Part shown: one piece after another, positions 11,045 through 21,051 of the stretch | Layout of the letters: every line of letters begins with the position of its first letter | Numbering within the stretch: position 1 is the first letter of the stretch | DNA from: an uncultured bacterium | Lineage (GTDB): Bacteria > Actinomycetota > Coriobacteriia > Coriobacteriales > Coriobacteriaceae | Assembly (NCBI GenBank): GCA_905215835.1 | Contig: CAJMRR010000001.1 | Location: 1 to 55,693, forward strand | Length of the DNA: 55,693 nucleotides | Reading direction: 5' to 3' | Translations under genes and position numbers: made by a program | The notes under the pieces: model-generated | The model's input: only the letters and a program-made list of their open reading frames with translations | What the model was told of the DNA's origin: nothing | Databases searched by the model: none

Positions 11045-12481
11045 TTAGGCCTCCCCGCCGGTCGCGCCAGCGCCATCCGCGCCTGCAGCCGCCAGGTCCA
11101 CGCCCTCGGCGACCGTCGCCACGGCATCACCCGGCCAGGCGACCTTGGTCAGGTCGGCCGCGGCCAGCGACGCGGCACTCACGGCATCCTCGCCCTGCTC
11201 CAGCACACGGCGACGCAGTGCGGCCGAAAGCGCGTGCGCCCACAGGCCCTCAGCCTCGGCCAGACGCTGTGTGGCGGGAGCGTCGGAGAGCAGGCCCTCG
11301 GGTGTATAGCAAATGACGCTCGAGCGCTTAACGAACTCTTCGACCGAAAGCGGGTTGGAGAACATGGCCGTACCGCCGGTTGGCAGCGTGTGGTTGGGGC
11401 CGGCAACGTAATCGCCAAGCGGTTCGGAACTCCAAGCGCCCACAAAGATGGCGCCGGCGTTGCGAATGCCGCCAAGCAGGCCCATCGCATCCTTGCAGTG
11501 CAGCTCCAGGTGCTCGGGTGCCACGGTGTTCACCGCCTCGACGGCGGCAGCCATGTCGGCGGCCACCACGATGGTGCCCTCATTGTCGAGCGAAACACGC
11601 GTGATCTCGGCACGCGGCGACTGCGCCACCAGGATATCGATGCCTGCCTCGACCTCGCGCGCAAACTGCTCGTCGCAGGTCACCAGATAGCAGGCTGCCA
11701 GCGGATCGTGCTCGGCCTGGGCCATCAGGTCGGCCGCGACCACCATGGGCTTGGCCGTGGCATCGGCCAGCACGCAGACTTCGGAGGGGCCAGCGACCAT
11801 GTCGATACCCACGTCGCCCGAGACAATCTGCTTGGCCGCAGCGACAAAGGCGTTGCCCGGGCCGGTGATCTTGTCGACGCGCGGAATAGTCTCGGTGCCG
11901 TACGCCAGCGCGGCCACGGCCTGAGCGCCACCCACCATATAGATCTCGTCCACGCCGCCGAGCTTTGCCGCGGCGAGCGTATACGGGCTGATCAGGCCAT
12001 CTTTCTGCGGCGGGGTCACCATGACCACGCGCTTGACGCCGGCAACCTTGGCGGGAATGGCATTCATGAGCACCGTGGAGGGATACTGCGCGCGACCGCC
12101 CGGCACGTAGATGCCGGCCGCCGCGAGCGGGGTCACCTTAACGCCGAGCATCGTGCCGTCCGCACGCGTGGTAAACCAGCTCTGCTCGACCTCGCGCTGG
12201 TGGAACTCACGAATCTGGCGTGCAGCCTTTTCGAGCGCCGCGGCAAAAGCGGGATCGAGGCCTTCGAGCGCGGCATCGATCTGCTCTTGCGGCAGACGGA
12301 AGCTCTGCAGCTCAACACCGTCAAAACGCTGACAGTAATCGCGCACCGCGGCATCGCCGTTGGCGCGCACGTCGGCCACGATATCGCGGGCGGCGTCGAC
12401 GATGTTTTGCGGCAGCACACCCTTGCGGTTGAGCTGGTTGGTAACGAGGCGCTCACCGGGAGCAAGCTTGATGGTCTTCAT
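11045..12481 (-). CDS. hisD: Histidinol dehydrogenase
   Basis: [37 protein letters not shown]. Confidence 0.98.
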   Translation of the reverse strand: MKTIKLAPGERLVTNQLNRKGVLPQNIVDAARDIVADVRANGDAAVRDYCQRFDGVELQSFRLPQEQIDAALEGLDPAFAAALEKAARQIREFHQREVEQSWFTTRADGTMLGVKVTPLAAAGIYVPGGRAQYPSTVLMNAIPAKVAGVKRVVMVTPPQKDGLISPYTLAAAKLGGVDEIYMVGGAQAVAALAYGTETIPRVDKITGPGNAFVAAAKQIVSGDVGIDMVAGPSEVCVLADATAKPMVVAADLMAQAEHDPLAACYLVTCDEQFAREVEAGIDILVAQSPRAEITRVSLDNEGTIVVAADMAAAVEAVNTVAPEHLELHCKDAMGLLGGIRNAGAIFVGAWSSEPLGDYVAGPNHTLPTGGTAMFSNPLSVEEFVKRSSVICYTPEGLLSDAPATQRLAEAEGLWAHALSAALRRRVLEQGEDAVSAASLAAADLTKVAWPGDAVATVAEGVDLAAAGADGAGATGGEA

Positions 12482-12586
12482 ATCGGTATCCCCTATCGGT
12501 CGAGGTTGTGTTCGAAAAACGAGAGGCCGGGCGGCGGCGCCAATCGGCCCGCAGCCCAGACGTTGGGACGCCCGTGCGTGCTCGCG

Positions 12587-14302
12587 CTATTGTGCCGAGC
12601 CCGCAACGGGCTCAAAATGCTTGTCCTTCACGGCCGCCGCCAGGCGATCGGCCAAGTTGCGCACGCGCGGGTCCAGGCGCGCGGCACCCGGGTTGACGAA
12701 GAATCGCGCCGTGCAGTCCATAATGCGACCGGTAATAACCAGGTCGTTATCGCGCAGCGTGGCGCCCGTGGCGGTGATGTCCACGATACGGTCGGTCATA
12801 CCGACAATGGGGCCCAACTCGACGTTACCGTGCAGCGAAACGATGTCGGCGTTCACGCCGCGCTCGGCATACCAGGCGCTCGCGATGCGCGGATACTTGG
12901 TGGCCACGCGAAGCGACCCACGGCGGGCATAGTTGCGCTCGGCCTGGCCGGCGCGCCACGCGGGCTCCGCCTCGATAAACGTGCACAGGCCGTAGCCCAG
13001 GTCGACCAGCTGCAGCAGGTTGAGGTCTGCCTCGATAAGCGAGTCCCAACCGCAGATGCCGCAGTCGGCACCGCCACAGCCCACAAAAGCGGGCGCGTCG
13101 CTGGGACGCACGATGACAAACTCGATATCGCCAACCGCACCCTCGCCGGCACGCATGTCGCGGCCGCGCACGATGAGGTGACGGCCGGGGTCGCGCAGCT
13201 CAGAGACGTCCAAGCCCGCGGCCTCGAGCACGTCGAGCGTGTCGGCCTTAAGCGAGCCCTTGGGCACGGCGATACGCAGCGGACCCTCGGCGCCACGGCC
13301 CACGGCGTGGTCGCCATCGGGGGCGGCGTCCTCGGCCGAAGTGCGCGCGGCCTCCAGGCGCTCGAGCGAAAAGGCGAAGCCCGCCGCCGGCACCTCGATG
13401 CCGTCGCCGAACGCGCCGGTAAAGATGGAGTCATAGCGTCCGCCCGAACCGACCGGATCGGGCAAGCCGCCGGCATAGGCCTTAAAGACCAGGCCCGTGT
13501 AGTAATCAAACGAGTTCATGATAGAGAAGTCGAACGACAGCACCTGGGCGTCCTCGGGTGCCAGGCCCTCAACCAGGGCACGCAGCTCGCGCGTCAGCGG
13601 CGCGACGATACCGGCGGCCTCCAGCAGCGCGTCCACGCGGTCGAGCACCTCGGCACCGCCGTGCAGACGCGGCAGCTCGCTAATGGCGGCCTTGACGGCA
13701 TCGGACTCGACGCTTGCCGCCACGCGGGCATCGAGGCCCACAAAGTCGTTGGCGTGCACGCAGCGCAGGGCCTCGGCGGCCAGCTCGCGATCCTCGCACG
13801 CCGCGAGCAGTTCCTTAAACGGACGCACGCTACCTGCGATAATACGCGCATCGGGCAGTGCCAGCTTACGCACGGCCTCGGCCACGAGCGAGACGATCTC
13901 GACATCGCCCGCGGTATCGCCCGCGCCGATAAGCTCAAAGCCCAGTTGCGTAAACTGACGCGAGCCGCCGGCATTGCGCTGGCACTCGCGAACCACCGGC
14001 GCCTCGTAGCGAAGGCGCAGGGGCAGGTCGGCAGCGTGCATGCGGGTCGAAACCAGGCGCACGATCGGCAACGTGTTGTCGGGACGGACCACCAGCAGGC
14101 GGCCATCATCGTCAAAGAGCTTAAACGGCGTGTCCGCAATGCGGCCGCCTTCCTCGAGCGAGCCCTTGTCCTCGAGCAGTGGCGTCTCGACCGGAAGGTA
14201 ATGATGCTCCCTGAAGCAGCCCTTCACCGTATATGCGATCTCCTCGCGCGCCTGAGCCTCCTCGGGCAATATGTCCCGGAATCCCCACGGTGTGGCCGTC
14301 AT
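12587..14302 (-). CDS. hisZ-hisG: Fused ATP phosphoribosyltransferase: regulatory HisZ domain + short catalytic HisG
   Basis: N-part HisRS-like (RPDNT, QLGFELIG, YYTGLVF, GGRYD); C-part IAVPKG, VATKY, GNVELGP, IVDITATGATLRDNDL; single ORF. Confidence 0.93.
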   Translation of the reverse strand: MTATPWGFRDILPEEAQAREEIAYTVKGCFREHHYLPVETPLLEDKGSLEEGGRIADTPFKLFDDDGRLLVVRPDNTLPIVRLVSTRMHAADLPLRLRYEAPVVRECQRNAGGSRQFTQLGFELIGAGDTAGDVEIVSLVAEAVRKLALPDARIIAGSVRPFKELLAACEDRELAAEALRCVHANDFVGLDARVAASVESDAVKAAISELPRLHGGAEVLDRVDALLEAAGIVAPLTRELRALVEGLAPEDAQVLSFDFSIMNSFDYYTGLVFKAYAGGLPDPVGSGGRYDSIFTGAFGDGIEVPAAGFAFSLERLEAARTSAEDAAPDGDHAVGRGAEGPLRIAVPKGSLKADTLDVLEAAGLDVSELRDPGRHLIVRGRDMRAGEGAVGDIEFVIVRPSDAPAFVGCGGADCGICGWDSLIEADLNLLQLVDLGYGLCTFIEAEPAWRAGQAERNYARRGSLRVATKYPRIASAWYAERGVNADIVSLHGNVELGPIVGMTDRIVDITATGATLRDNDLVITGRIMDCTARFFVNPGAARLDPRVRNLADRLAAAVKDKHFEPVAGSAQ

Positions 14303-14371
14303 CTGGTGAGCCTCCTCATGCTGTGTTTCATATAGAGCAGAAGACCGGCATAGCTCCGCCGGTCTTCTGGG

Positions 14372-14391
14372 TACTTTAGCATACTAGAGTG
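14372..14391. promoter_or_regulatory. HisR (TrpR/YerC-like) type operator overlapping the his promoter -10
   Basis: TACTTTAGCATACTAGAGTG is YACTTTA-N6-TAAAGTR with one mismatch; contains minus-strand TATGCT (14378-14383). Confidence 0.7.
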
Positions 14392-14480
14392 CTTGCGGGG
14401 GAAATCCGCCGCAACCGCTCATAGCGTATTCATTTGGAAACATAGGGCGAGCGGTTAGCAGCAGTCTCTTGTCACAACGC

Positions 14481-14513
14481 AAAAAGGGCGCCCGCGCGAA
14501 TGCGGACGCCCTT
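14481..14513 (-). terminator. Terminator after SIS gene copy 1
   Basis: AAGGGCGTCCGC/GCGGGCGCCCTT stem followed by T-tract on minus strand. Confidence 0.75.
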
Positions 14514-14564
14514 GTGTAGGGTCGAGATATCAACCAGCCAAGATATCGGCCCTGCGGCCAGCTC

Positions 14565-15626
14565 TTAGTAGTCGAACTGGTGGTAGTAGCGGCGGTACTT
14601 GAGGTTGTGCTTGGTGACCAGCTCGTAGTTGCGCGCGAGGCGGTCGGTGGTCAGCACGGACAGGATCCAGGGGGACACGATGACGCGGAAGTCGTCGTCC
14701 AGGCCCGGGATCGCGTACTCGGCGGTGTCGATGATGACGTAGTCCTCGTCGCCGGTCACGCCGCTGGTGAGGAAGGCGCGGACGCGCTCGTCGAGGGCGC
14801 GGCACTCGTCCTCTCCCATGAACAGGAACACCGGGACGCCGGGCTCGAGCAGCTCGAGCGTGCCGTGGAAGAAGTCGTGCGAGGTGATGTGGCGGATGCG
14901 CTTCCACTGCATCTCCTCGAGCAGGCACATGGAGTACAGGATGGTCTCGCCCCACAGCGCGCCCGAGCCGATGAACATGGTGTAGTCGGCCAGCGCGTAC
15001 TTCCTGGCGAGCTCCTCGGCGCGCGGCTCGAAGCGCTTGCGGATGTCGAGCATGTCCTTCCAGACGTCCTTCGTCTGCTCGATGAACAGGTCGAACTTGG
15101 GGAAGCAGCCGCGGCGGTTGAGCAGGCGCAGGCCGAAGCAGTCGGCGAGGTAGTAGCCCTTCTCGCAGCCGCCGGCGCCGTGGTCGGAGGCCATCATGAC
15201 GCAGTTCTCGGCGCCCACGGCCTGCCCGATCTTGCCCTCGGGGTTGGTCATGGCGAAGACGCGCACGCCCATCTCCCTCATCTTGCCGACGGCCTCGAGC
15301 ACCTCGGGGGTGGTGCCGGACTCGGAGGCGGTCAGCACGACGGACCTGTCGGTCATGCGCTTGTGGCCCATGACGTTCCACTCGGCGGCGTGGATCAGGT
15401 AGACCTCGAGGTCGCGGTCGCCGAACTTGTTCATGAGGTACTCGAGCTGCATGAACTCGTCCCAGGTGCCGCCGACGCCCATCAGGAAGACGGCGTCGTA
15501 GCCCTCCTCGTGCACGCGGTCGGCCAGGGCGGTCATCTTCTTGCCGGCCTCGTAGACGTTCCTGCCGTCCTCGAGGTAGCCCTCCTGGTCGAAGTGCATG
15601 ATCTCGATCTTCTCGGTCTCCTTCAT
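14565..15626 (-). CDS. SIS-domain sugar-amine 6-phosphate deglycase (FrlB/GfrF-like), copy 1
   Basis: GVGG, SESGTTPE, LEEMQW, DFFHGTLE, RRYY C-terminus; ATG 15626 with GGAGG RBS. Confidence 0.88.
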   Translation of the reverse strand: MKETEKIEIMHFDQEGYLEDGRNVYEAGKKMTALADRVHEEGYDAVFLMGVGGTWDEFMQLEYLMNKFGDRDLEVYLIHAAEWNVMGHKRMTDRSVVLTASESGTTPEVLEAVGKMREMGVRVFAMTNPEGKIGQAVGAENCVMMASDHGAGGCEKGYYLADCFGLRLLNRRGCFPKFDLFIEQTKDVWKDMLDIRKRFEPRAEELARKYALADYTMFIGSGALWGETILYSMCLLEEMQWKRIRHITSHDFFHGTLELLEPGVPVFLFMGEDECRALDERVRAFLTSGVTGDEDYVIIDTAEYAIPGLDDDFRVIVSPWILSVLTTDRLARNYELVTKHNLKYRRYYHQFDY

Positions 15627-15675
15627 GTGTGTCCTCCCATCACATGTGCGCAATTCTATACATCGCGCTTCTTGC

Positions 15676-15720
15676 TGATACCAATTATAGCCATACGATT
15701 GCTTGTTATTTAATACCAAT
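15676..15720 (-). promoter_or_regulatory. Promoter (TATAAT 15684-15689) flanked by two ATTGGTATYA boxes
   Basis: Boxes at 15676-15685 and 15711-15720; same layout recurs at 18578 and 20894. Confidence 0.7.
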
Positions 15721-15893
15721 CCAAACTCACGGAGATTTGCGGCGAACGGTCGGTTTCCTCGCCCGAGTGGTATTACAACGCCAATAGTTGTCTATTTCGA
15801 GCGCTACTGCCAACGGGTTCCCCACAACTCGCCAGCTATAAAAGCGTTGCGCCAGACCCGCCCAAGCGTTTCCGGCGCAACCGCGCAGTTTAG

Positions 15894-16739
15894 TTATTCG
15901 GCTTCCATCTCCGCTGTCACACGGCGATACATCTCGATAACCTGAGTCGTCGCCTTGGACGGATCCTGATAGTAGCGGCCATCACACGTCTCGGCCGAGA
16001 CATAGCCCGTATAGCCGTGGCGCATGAGTGCCTCGAGGTCGGCACGCATATCACGCTCGCCGTCGCCCCAGGCAAGATGCGTCGTGCCACCGCCCACATC
16101 TACAAAGTGGGTGTGAACGATCTTGTCGCCCAAAACCTCAAAGTAGCCGTCGATCGTGTCGCCGGCAACTTCCATGGCGCCAAAGTCGATACAGGCCTTC
16201 AGGTTGGGACGATCGACCGCCTCGAGGATGCGCGCGACATCCTGTGCGGTGTTGACCAACACGGACTCCGACGGCTGCAGGGCCTCGAGCGCGACGCGAA
16301 TACCGCGCGTATCGGCGTAGTCGCACACCGAGCGCAGCATGGCAACGCTGCGGGCCCAGGCGTCCTCAGCCGGCTCGTCCAGATAGGCCCAACCACTCGT
16401 CACCAGAATCTGCGGCACGCCCAACTCAACGGCAACGTCGATCACATTCTTAAAGTACGAGAGGATGCGTTTTTGGCCCGCCTCACCGCGCACCGCGACG
16501 TTCCACGGCTTGGGGTTGTTCTGCTCGGGGCACACGCACACGATCTTGATACCGTATTGGGCGGCAAGATCACGAATCTTATCCACCGAATCGTGCTCAT
16601 GGCAATCCACATACAGGTGCATCGAGCCGGTCCACAGCTCGATATTGCGATAGCCGGCCTCACCTGCAGCCTTAAAAAACGTCTCGATGCTGTAGTAACG
16701 ATGGTTGATGTTCATGAGCGAAAGCTCGGGTACGACCAT
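15894..16739 (-). CDS. Sugar phosphate isomerase/epimerase (FrlC fructoselysine 3-epimerase-like, TIM barrel)
   Basis: IELW, CPEQ, ALEAL, CIDF, HTHFVD, HLAWGDG, SAE motifs; PTS/SIS context. Confidence 0.8.
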   Translation of the reverse strand: MVVPELSLMNINHRYYSIETFFKAAGEAGYRNIELWTGSMHLYVDCHEHDSVDKIRDLAAQYGIKIVCVCPEQNNPKPWNVAVRGEAGQKRILSYFKNVIDVAVELGVPQILVTSGWAYLDEPAEDAWARSVAMLRSVCDYADTRGIRVALEALQPSESVLVNTAQDVARILEAVDRPNLKACIDFGAMEVAGDTIDGYFEVLGDKIVHTHFVDVGGGTTHLAWGDGERDMRADLEALMRHGYTGYVSAETCDGRYYQDPSKATTQVIEMYRRVTAEMEAE

Positions 16740-16851
16740 AGCCCTCCCCTTTCGTACGGAGTTTTAAAAAACAGGGGGCCGCCGCAGATGCGACAAGCCC
16801 CCCAAAGATCGACGCAACCGTTAGACGCGATGGAAGCGCGATTCGAACATA

Positions 16852-17676
16852 TTAGGCAAGCACGCCAAAGTAAGCGCCGATGATGCCCACGACCATGGTG
16901 CAGAGGATCAGGACCATCGGGTTGATCTTCTTGGAGAGCAGCCAGTAGTAGAGCCAGAAGGCGGCCATACCGAGCATACCGGGCATGATGCCGTCCAGGA
17001 TGTCCTGGAGAGTTTGGGCGGAGTCGCCCTGACCAATGGCGATGGGCAACGAAGCCCAGAACATGTCCTTGCTCATGGCGCCGACGACCATAACGCCGAC
17101 AATGCCGACGCAGGCCATGATCTTTTGCATCAGGCCGGTCTTCTGAGCCTCGTCGAGGAAGCCAATGCCTAGCTCATAACCCTTGATAGCGCCAAAGATA
17201 CGAATCAGGAACGCCGGGATGTTGTAGACGAGCAGGAAGGCGATGGGGCCAAAGACGTTGCCGGCCTGGCACAGGCTGATGCCCACGGCAGCGGCGACGA
17301 CGCGCAGGGTGGACAGGAAGAAGGAGTCACCCAGGCCGGAAAGCGGACCCATGAGGGCGGCCTTGATGTCGTTGACGCTCTCGGGCTCAACCTCGCCACG
17401 AGCGACCTTTTCTTCCATGGCCATCGCGATGCCGCCCACGAAGGGAGCGAGCTGCGGGGTGATGTTGAAGAATGCGCTGTGACGGTGCAAGGCCTCGGCG
17501 TAATCATCGGGACGGCCGGCATAGATCTTCTTGAGCATGTTGGCGACCATCAGGCAGAAGGCAATGTTCATCTGCTTGTAGTAGGTCCAGGAGAATTCCA
17601 TGCCCAGGGCGCCGGTGTTCACGGCGCTCTTAATGAGGTCGGAGCGAGTAATCTGGTTCTCGGAATTAGAAGTCAT
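16852..17676 (-). CDS. PTS mannose/fructose/sorbose family IID
   Basis: RHSAFFNITP, KAALMGPLSGLGDS; start moved to ATG 17676. Confidence 0.95.
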   Translation of the reverse strand: MTSNSENQITRSDLIKSAVNTGALGMEFSWTYYKQMNIAFCLMVANMLKKIYAGRPDDYAEALHRHSAFFNITPQLAPFVGGIAMAMEEKVARGEVEPESVNDIKAALMGPLSGLGDSFFLSTLRVVAAAVGISLCQAGNVFGPIAFLLVYNIPAFLIRIFGAIKGYELGIGFLDEAQKTGLMQKIMACVGIVGVMVVGAMSKDMFWASLPIAIGQGDSAQTLQDILDGIMPGMLGMAAFWLYYWLLSKKINPMVLILCTMVVGIIGAYFGVLA

Positions 17677-18439
17677 CGTCCTCATCCCCTTCCACAGAAA
17701 GCTGGGACTGGGCGCCACCAAGGCCCAGCAGGTCGTACTTGTCGATGCCGATGATGATTGCGATCAGGGCGACGCCGAGGACGGGCACGTTGGCATAGGA
17801 GCACAGCAGGAAGCCCAGGAAGTAGAACGGCACGAGCTGCTTGGTAAGCACCAGACGGCCGAGCATGGCGAAGCCCATGGCAGGCAGGATGTTGGCTGCG
17901 ACGCCAAAGCCATCGAGGACGAACGTCGGGATGAAGTCGAGCAGGCCCTGAACGGCGTCGGCACCCAGATAGAAGGAGACCGAGCACAGGATAAAGGCCA
18001 GGACGACAATCACGAGACCGATAATCCAGTGCATAGCGTAGATACCCTTGAGGTTACCCTTGCTGGCAAAGACGTCGGCACGGTCGACCAGAAGGGGCAT
18101 ACCGGCGTTGACGACGTTCTTAATGGCCAGGCACAGAGTGGCGATGGGCATCGCGAGCGCGATAGCGGCCTCGGTGCTCTGACCCAGCTGAATAGCGAAG
18201 GCGCAGGCGAGCACACCGCCAATACACTCATCGGGCGGCACGTAAGCGCCGATGGAGATTGAACCCATGAAGAGCAGCTCGAGGCTCGCACCGATGGCGA
18301 GGCCGGACTGCAGGTCCCCGAGGACTATGCCGACGAGCGGGCACAGAACGATCGGGCGGAACGCATAGAGCGTACCGAGCTGATAATCGAGCTTACCGAA
18401 GGCAGCGATAAGTCCGATGAGGATCGCTTGAACAAGCAT
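17666..18439 (-). CDS. PTS mannose family IIC
   Basis: RPIVLCPLVG, GASLELLFMG, GAYVPPD, LPAMGFAML. Confidence 0.95.
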   Translation of the reverse strand: MLVQAILIGLIAAFGKLDYQLGTLYAFRPIVLCPLVGIVLGDLQSGLAIGASLELLFMGSISIGAYVPPDECIGGVLACAFAIQLGQSTEAAIALAMPIATLCLAIKNVVNAGMPLLVDRADVFASKGNLKGIYAMHWIIGLVIVVLAFILCSVSFYLGADAVQGLLDFIPTFVLDGFGVAANILPAMGFAMLGRLVLTKQLVPFYFLGFLLCSYANVPVLGVALIAIIIGIDKYDLLGLGGAQSQLSVEGDEDDDF

Positions 18440-18577
18440 TGTTCCTCCCTTTGATCCCTCTTGGATCCGCGCGGCGATTCCCGACTTGTCAGCGCGCCCT
18501 TTTCCATGCCGACAATCGCCCAGACAGATCCAGCTTGTACCGGTGTGCTGTTAACACCTAAACCGGTGCAAATGATT

Positions 18578-18620
18578 TGATACCAATTATATAGTCATGC
18601 GAAAACTATTTAATACCAAT
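18578..18620 (-). promoter_or_regulatory. Internal promoter for IIC-IID (TATAAT 18586-18591) with two ATTGGTATYA boxes
   Basis: Boxes 18578-18587 and 18611-18620. Confidence 0.7.
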
Positions 18621-18733
18621 CGCTCAACGGGCGTGTACTCCCGGTGAACGGTAGATGGGGGTAACGGGTAAAGCGTTTATCCGGTACGCCCACGAATAGG
18701 GGCGGCGCCGTGCGCGCCGCCCGTAGTTCCCAA

Positions 18734-19216
18734 TTAGAGGGCGCTTAGGGCATCGACCTTGGGGTCGTCGGCCAGAGCGCGAATCTCGACCTCGACACCG
18801 CGGCCGACGAGCTCGCGAATGTCCTCTTCCTCGGCAGCAGTCACAAAGATCTGGCGGGAGATCTTACGGGCATCGGGACGCTGCTCGTCCTTGGACTTGG
18901 TGTTGCCCAGGTTGATGGAGGTGATCTGCGGGCAGCCGTCGACAAGCTGCTTGGCCTCGGCGATGCTGGCGACGCAGATGATCATCTTGTACTTATCGGT
19001 AACACCGGAGTTGATGGCCTCGATGGCGTGCTCCATGTCCTTGATGACGAGCTTGACGTTGGCCGGCTTTCCCATCTTGAGCGTAGTCTTCCAGACGGGA
19101 TCGTTGGCAACCTTGTCGCCAACGCAGAAGATGCAGTCAGAGCCCAAGCCCTGGACCCAAGAGACGGCCACCTGGCCATGAAGCAGACGATGGTCGACGC
19201 GAAGCAGTTGAATCAT
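18734..19216 (-). CDS. PTS mannose family IIB
   Basis: RVDHRLLHGQV phospho-His motif. Confidence 0.95.
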   Translation of the reverse strand: MIQLLRVDHRLLHGQVAVSWVQGLGSDCIFCVGDKVANDPVWKTTLKMGKPANVKLVIKDMEHAIEAINSGVTDKYKMIICVASIAEAKQLVDGCPQITSINLGNTKSKDEQRPDARKISRQIFVTAAEEEDIRELVGRGVEVEIRALADDPKVDALSAL

Positions 19217-19273
19217 GATTGACCCCCAAAGGTCTCATGCCGGAAACCCGGCCCCATTAATAGCAGGCGGTGA

Positions 19274-19693
19274 CTAGAACTCTTCCTCGTCATCCGCATC
19301 GGTCAGCAGGTCGTTGACAAACTTGACGCGCGTGTCGTCAGCCGCGAGGATCTCGCGGATAACCTGATCGGCGGGAGCCTCCTGGTCCGAAAAGAGCAGC
19401 TGGATCAGCAGCGGCAGATTCATGTTGGCAACCAGGTAGGTGTTGGGGCGCGTCTGGACGATCTTGGTGAACTCGTTGTTGACGCTGCCGCCAAACAGGT
19501 CGGTGCACACGATTATGTCGTCGGCGGGGTCGAAGGTCGCCAGGAGCTTGGCGGCCTCCTCGGCGACGTCGGTGCGGCCGTCGACAAACATCGACAGGTC
19601 GTGGACGTTATCGCGCGCGCCCGAGAGCAGCTCGGTGCTCTCTTTGATGCCGGTCGCAAAATGCGCGTGGCTGGCAAAGATGTATTGCCTCAT
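19274..19693 (-). CDS. PTS mannose family IIA
   Basis: ASHAHFA, TDLFGGSVNN, NMNLPLL; ATG 19693. Confidence 0.93.
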   Translation of the reverse strand: MRQYIFASHAHFATGIKESTELLSGARDNVHDLSMFVDGRTDVAEEAAKLLATFDPADDIIVCTDLFGGSVNNEFTKIVQTRPNTYLVANMNLPLLIQLLFSDQEAPADQVIREILAADDTRVKFVNDLLTDADDEEEF

Positions 19694-19714
19694 TGCGGTT
19701 TCCCCCAAATGAAA

Positions 19715-20776
19715 TTAGTAGTCGAACTGGTGGTAGTAGCGGCGGTACTTGAGGTTGTGCTTGGTGACCAGCTCGTAGTTGCGCGCGAGGCGGTCGGTGG
19801 TCAGCACGGACAGGATCCAGGGGGACACGATGACGCGGAAGTCGTCGTCCAGGCCCGGGATCGCGTACTCGGCGGTGTCGATGATGACGTAGTCCTCGTC
19901 GCCGGTCACGCCGCTGGTGAGGAAGGCGCGGACGCGCTCGTCGAGGGCGCGGCACTCGTCCTCTCCCATGAACAGGAACACCGGGACGCCGGGCTCGAGC
20001 AGCTCGAGCGTGCCGTGGAAGAAGTCGTGCGAGGTGATGTGGCGGATGCGCTTCCACTGCATCTCCTCGAGCAGGCACATGGAGTACAGGATGGTCTCGC
20101 CCCACAGCGCGCCCGAGCCGATGAACATGGTGTAGTCGGCCAGCGCGTACTTCCTGGCGAGCTCCTCGGCGCGCGGCTCGAAGCGCTTGCGGATGTCGAG
20201 CATGTCCTTCCAGACGTCCTTCGTCTGCTCGATGAACAGGTCGAACTTGGGGAAGCAGCCGCGGCGGTTGAGCAGGCGCAGGCCGAAGCAGTCGGCGAGG
20301 TAGTAGCCCTTCTCGCAGCCGCCGGCGCCGTGGTCGGAGGCCATCATGACGCAGTTCTCGGCGCCCACGGCCTGCCCGATCTTGCCCTCGGGGTTGGTCA
20401 TGGCGAAGACGCGCACGCCCATCTCCCTCATCTTGCCGACGGCCTCGAGCACCTCGGGGGTGGTGCCGGACTCGGAGGCGGTCAGCACGACGGACCTGTC
20501 GGTCATGCGCTTGTGGCCCATGACGTTCCACTCGGCGGCGTGGATCAGGTAGACCTCGAGGTCGCGGTCGCCGAACTTGTTCATGAGGTACTCGAGCTGC
20601 ATGAACTCGTCCCAGGTGCCGCCGACGCCCATCAGGAAGACGGCGTCGTAGCCCTCCTCGTGCACGCGGTCGGCCAGGGCGGTCATCTTCTTGCCGGCCT
20701 CGTAGACGTTCCTGCCGTCCTCGAGGTAGCCCTCCTGGTCGAAGTGCATGATCTCGATCTTCTCGGTCTCCTTCAT
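19715..20776 (-). CDS. SIS-domain deglycase (FrlB/GfrF-like), copy 2, identical to copy 1
   Basis: Same 1062-nt CDS as 14565-15626 (offset 5150); AAAGGAG RBS. Confidence 0.88.
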   Translation of the reverse strand: MKETEKIEIMHFDQEGYLEDGRNVYEAGKKMTALADRVHEEGYDAVFLMGVGGTWDEFMQLEYLMNKFGDRDLEVYLIHAAEWNVMGHKRMTDRSVVLTASESGTTPEVLEAVGKMREMGVRVFAMTNPEGKIGQAVGAENCVMMASDHGAGGCEKGYYLADCFGLRLLNRRGCFPKFDLFIEQTKDVWKDMLDIRKRFEPRAEELARKYALADYTMFIGSGALWGETILYSMCLLEEMQWKRIRHITSHDFFHGTLELLEPGVPVFLFMGEDECRALDERVRAFLTSGVTGDEDYVIIDTAEYAIPGLDDDFRVIVSPWILSVLTTDRLARNYELVTKHNLKYRRYYHQFDY

Positions 20777-20893
20777 TCCCGCTCCTTTCACGAGCAGTTT
20801 GAATTGTCGCACGGAATGAACGGGCTTGCCGCCCCGTCGCACCGCTTAACCTTGTGGACATCTTGGCCCCAAGCTCAACAATTCAAAGGTTCT

Positions 20894-20937
20894 TAATACC
20901 AGTGAACGATTACAGGTTAGCCGTTTTTAATACCGAT
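20894..20937 (-). promoter_or_regulatory. Promoter region of SIS copy 2/PTS with two GGTATTA boxes
   Basis: TAATACCAGT 20894-20903 and TAATACCGAT 20928-20937; -10 less clear. Confidence 0.55.
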
Positions 20938-21051
20938 TTTATGATTTCATCCTCCCCTCTCGGTAGACGGTCAGTTTTTGCCGCTCATCGGTCAAGCGAC
21001 ATATATCCGTAAAAACGAGCGCCCCCGCCATGCGCAGGGACGCTCTAGACG

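Noticed and set aside
14299..14331. Mini-ORF MKHSMRRLTR overlapping the hisZG start as a His attenuator leader
   Set aside because: Only one His codon, no clear RBS, no terminator downstream
11021..14335. 1104-aa plus-strand ORF
   Set aside because: Antisense shadow of hisD and hisZG
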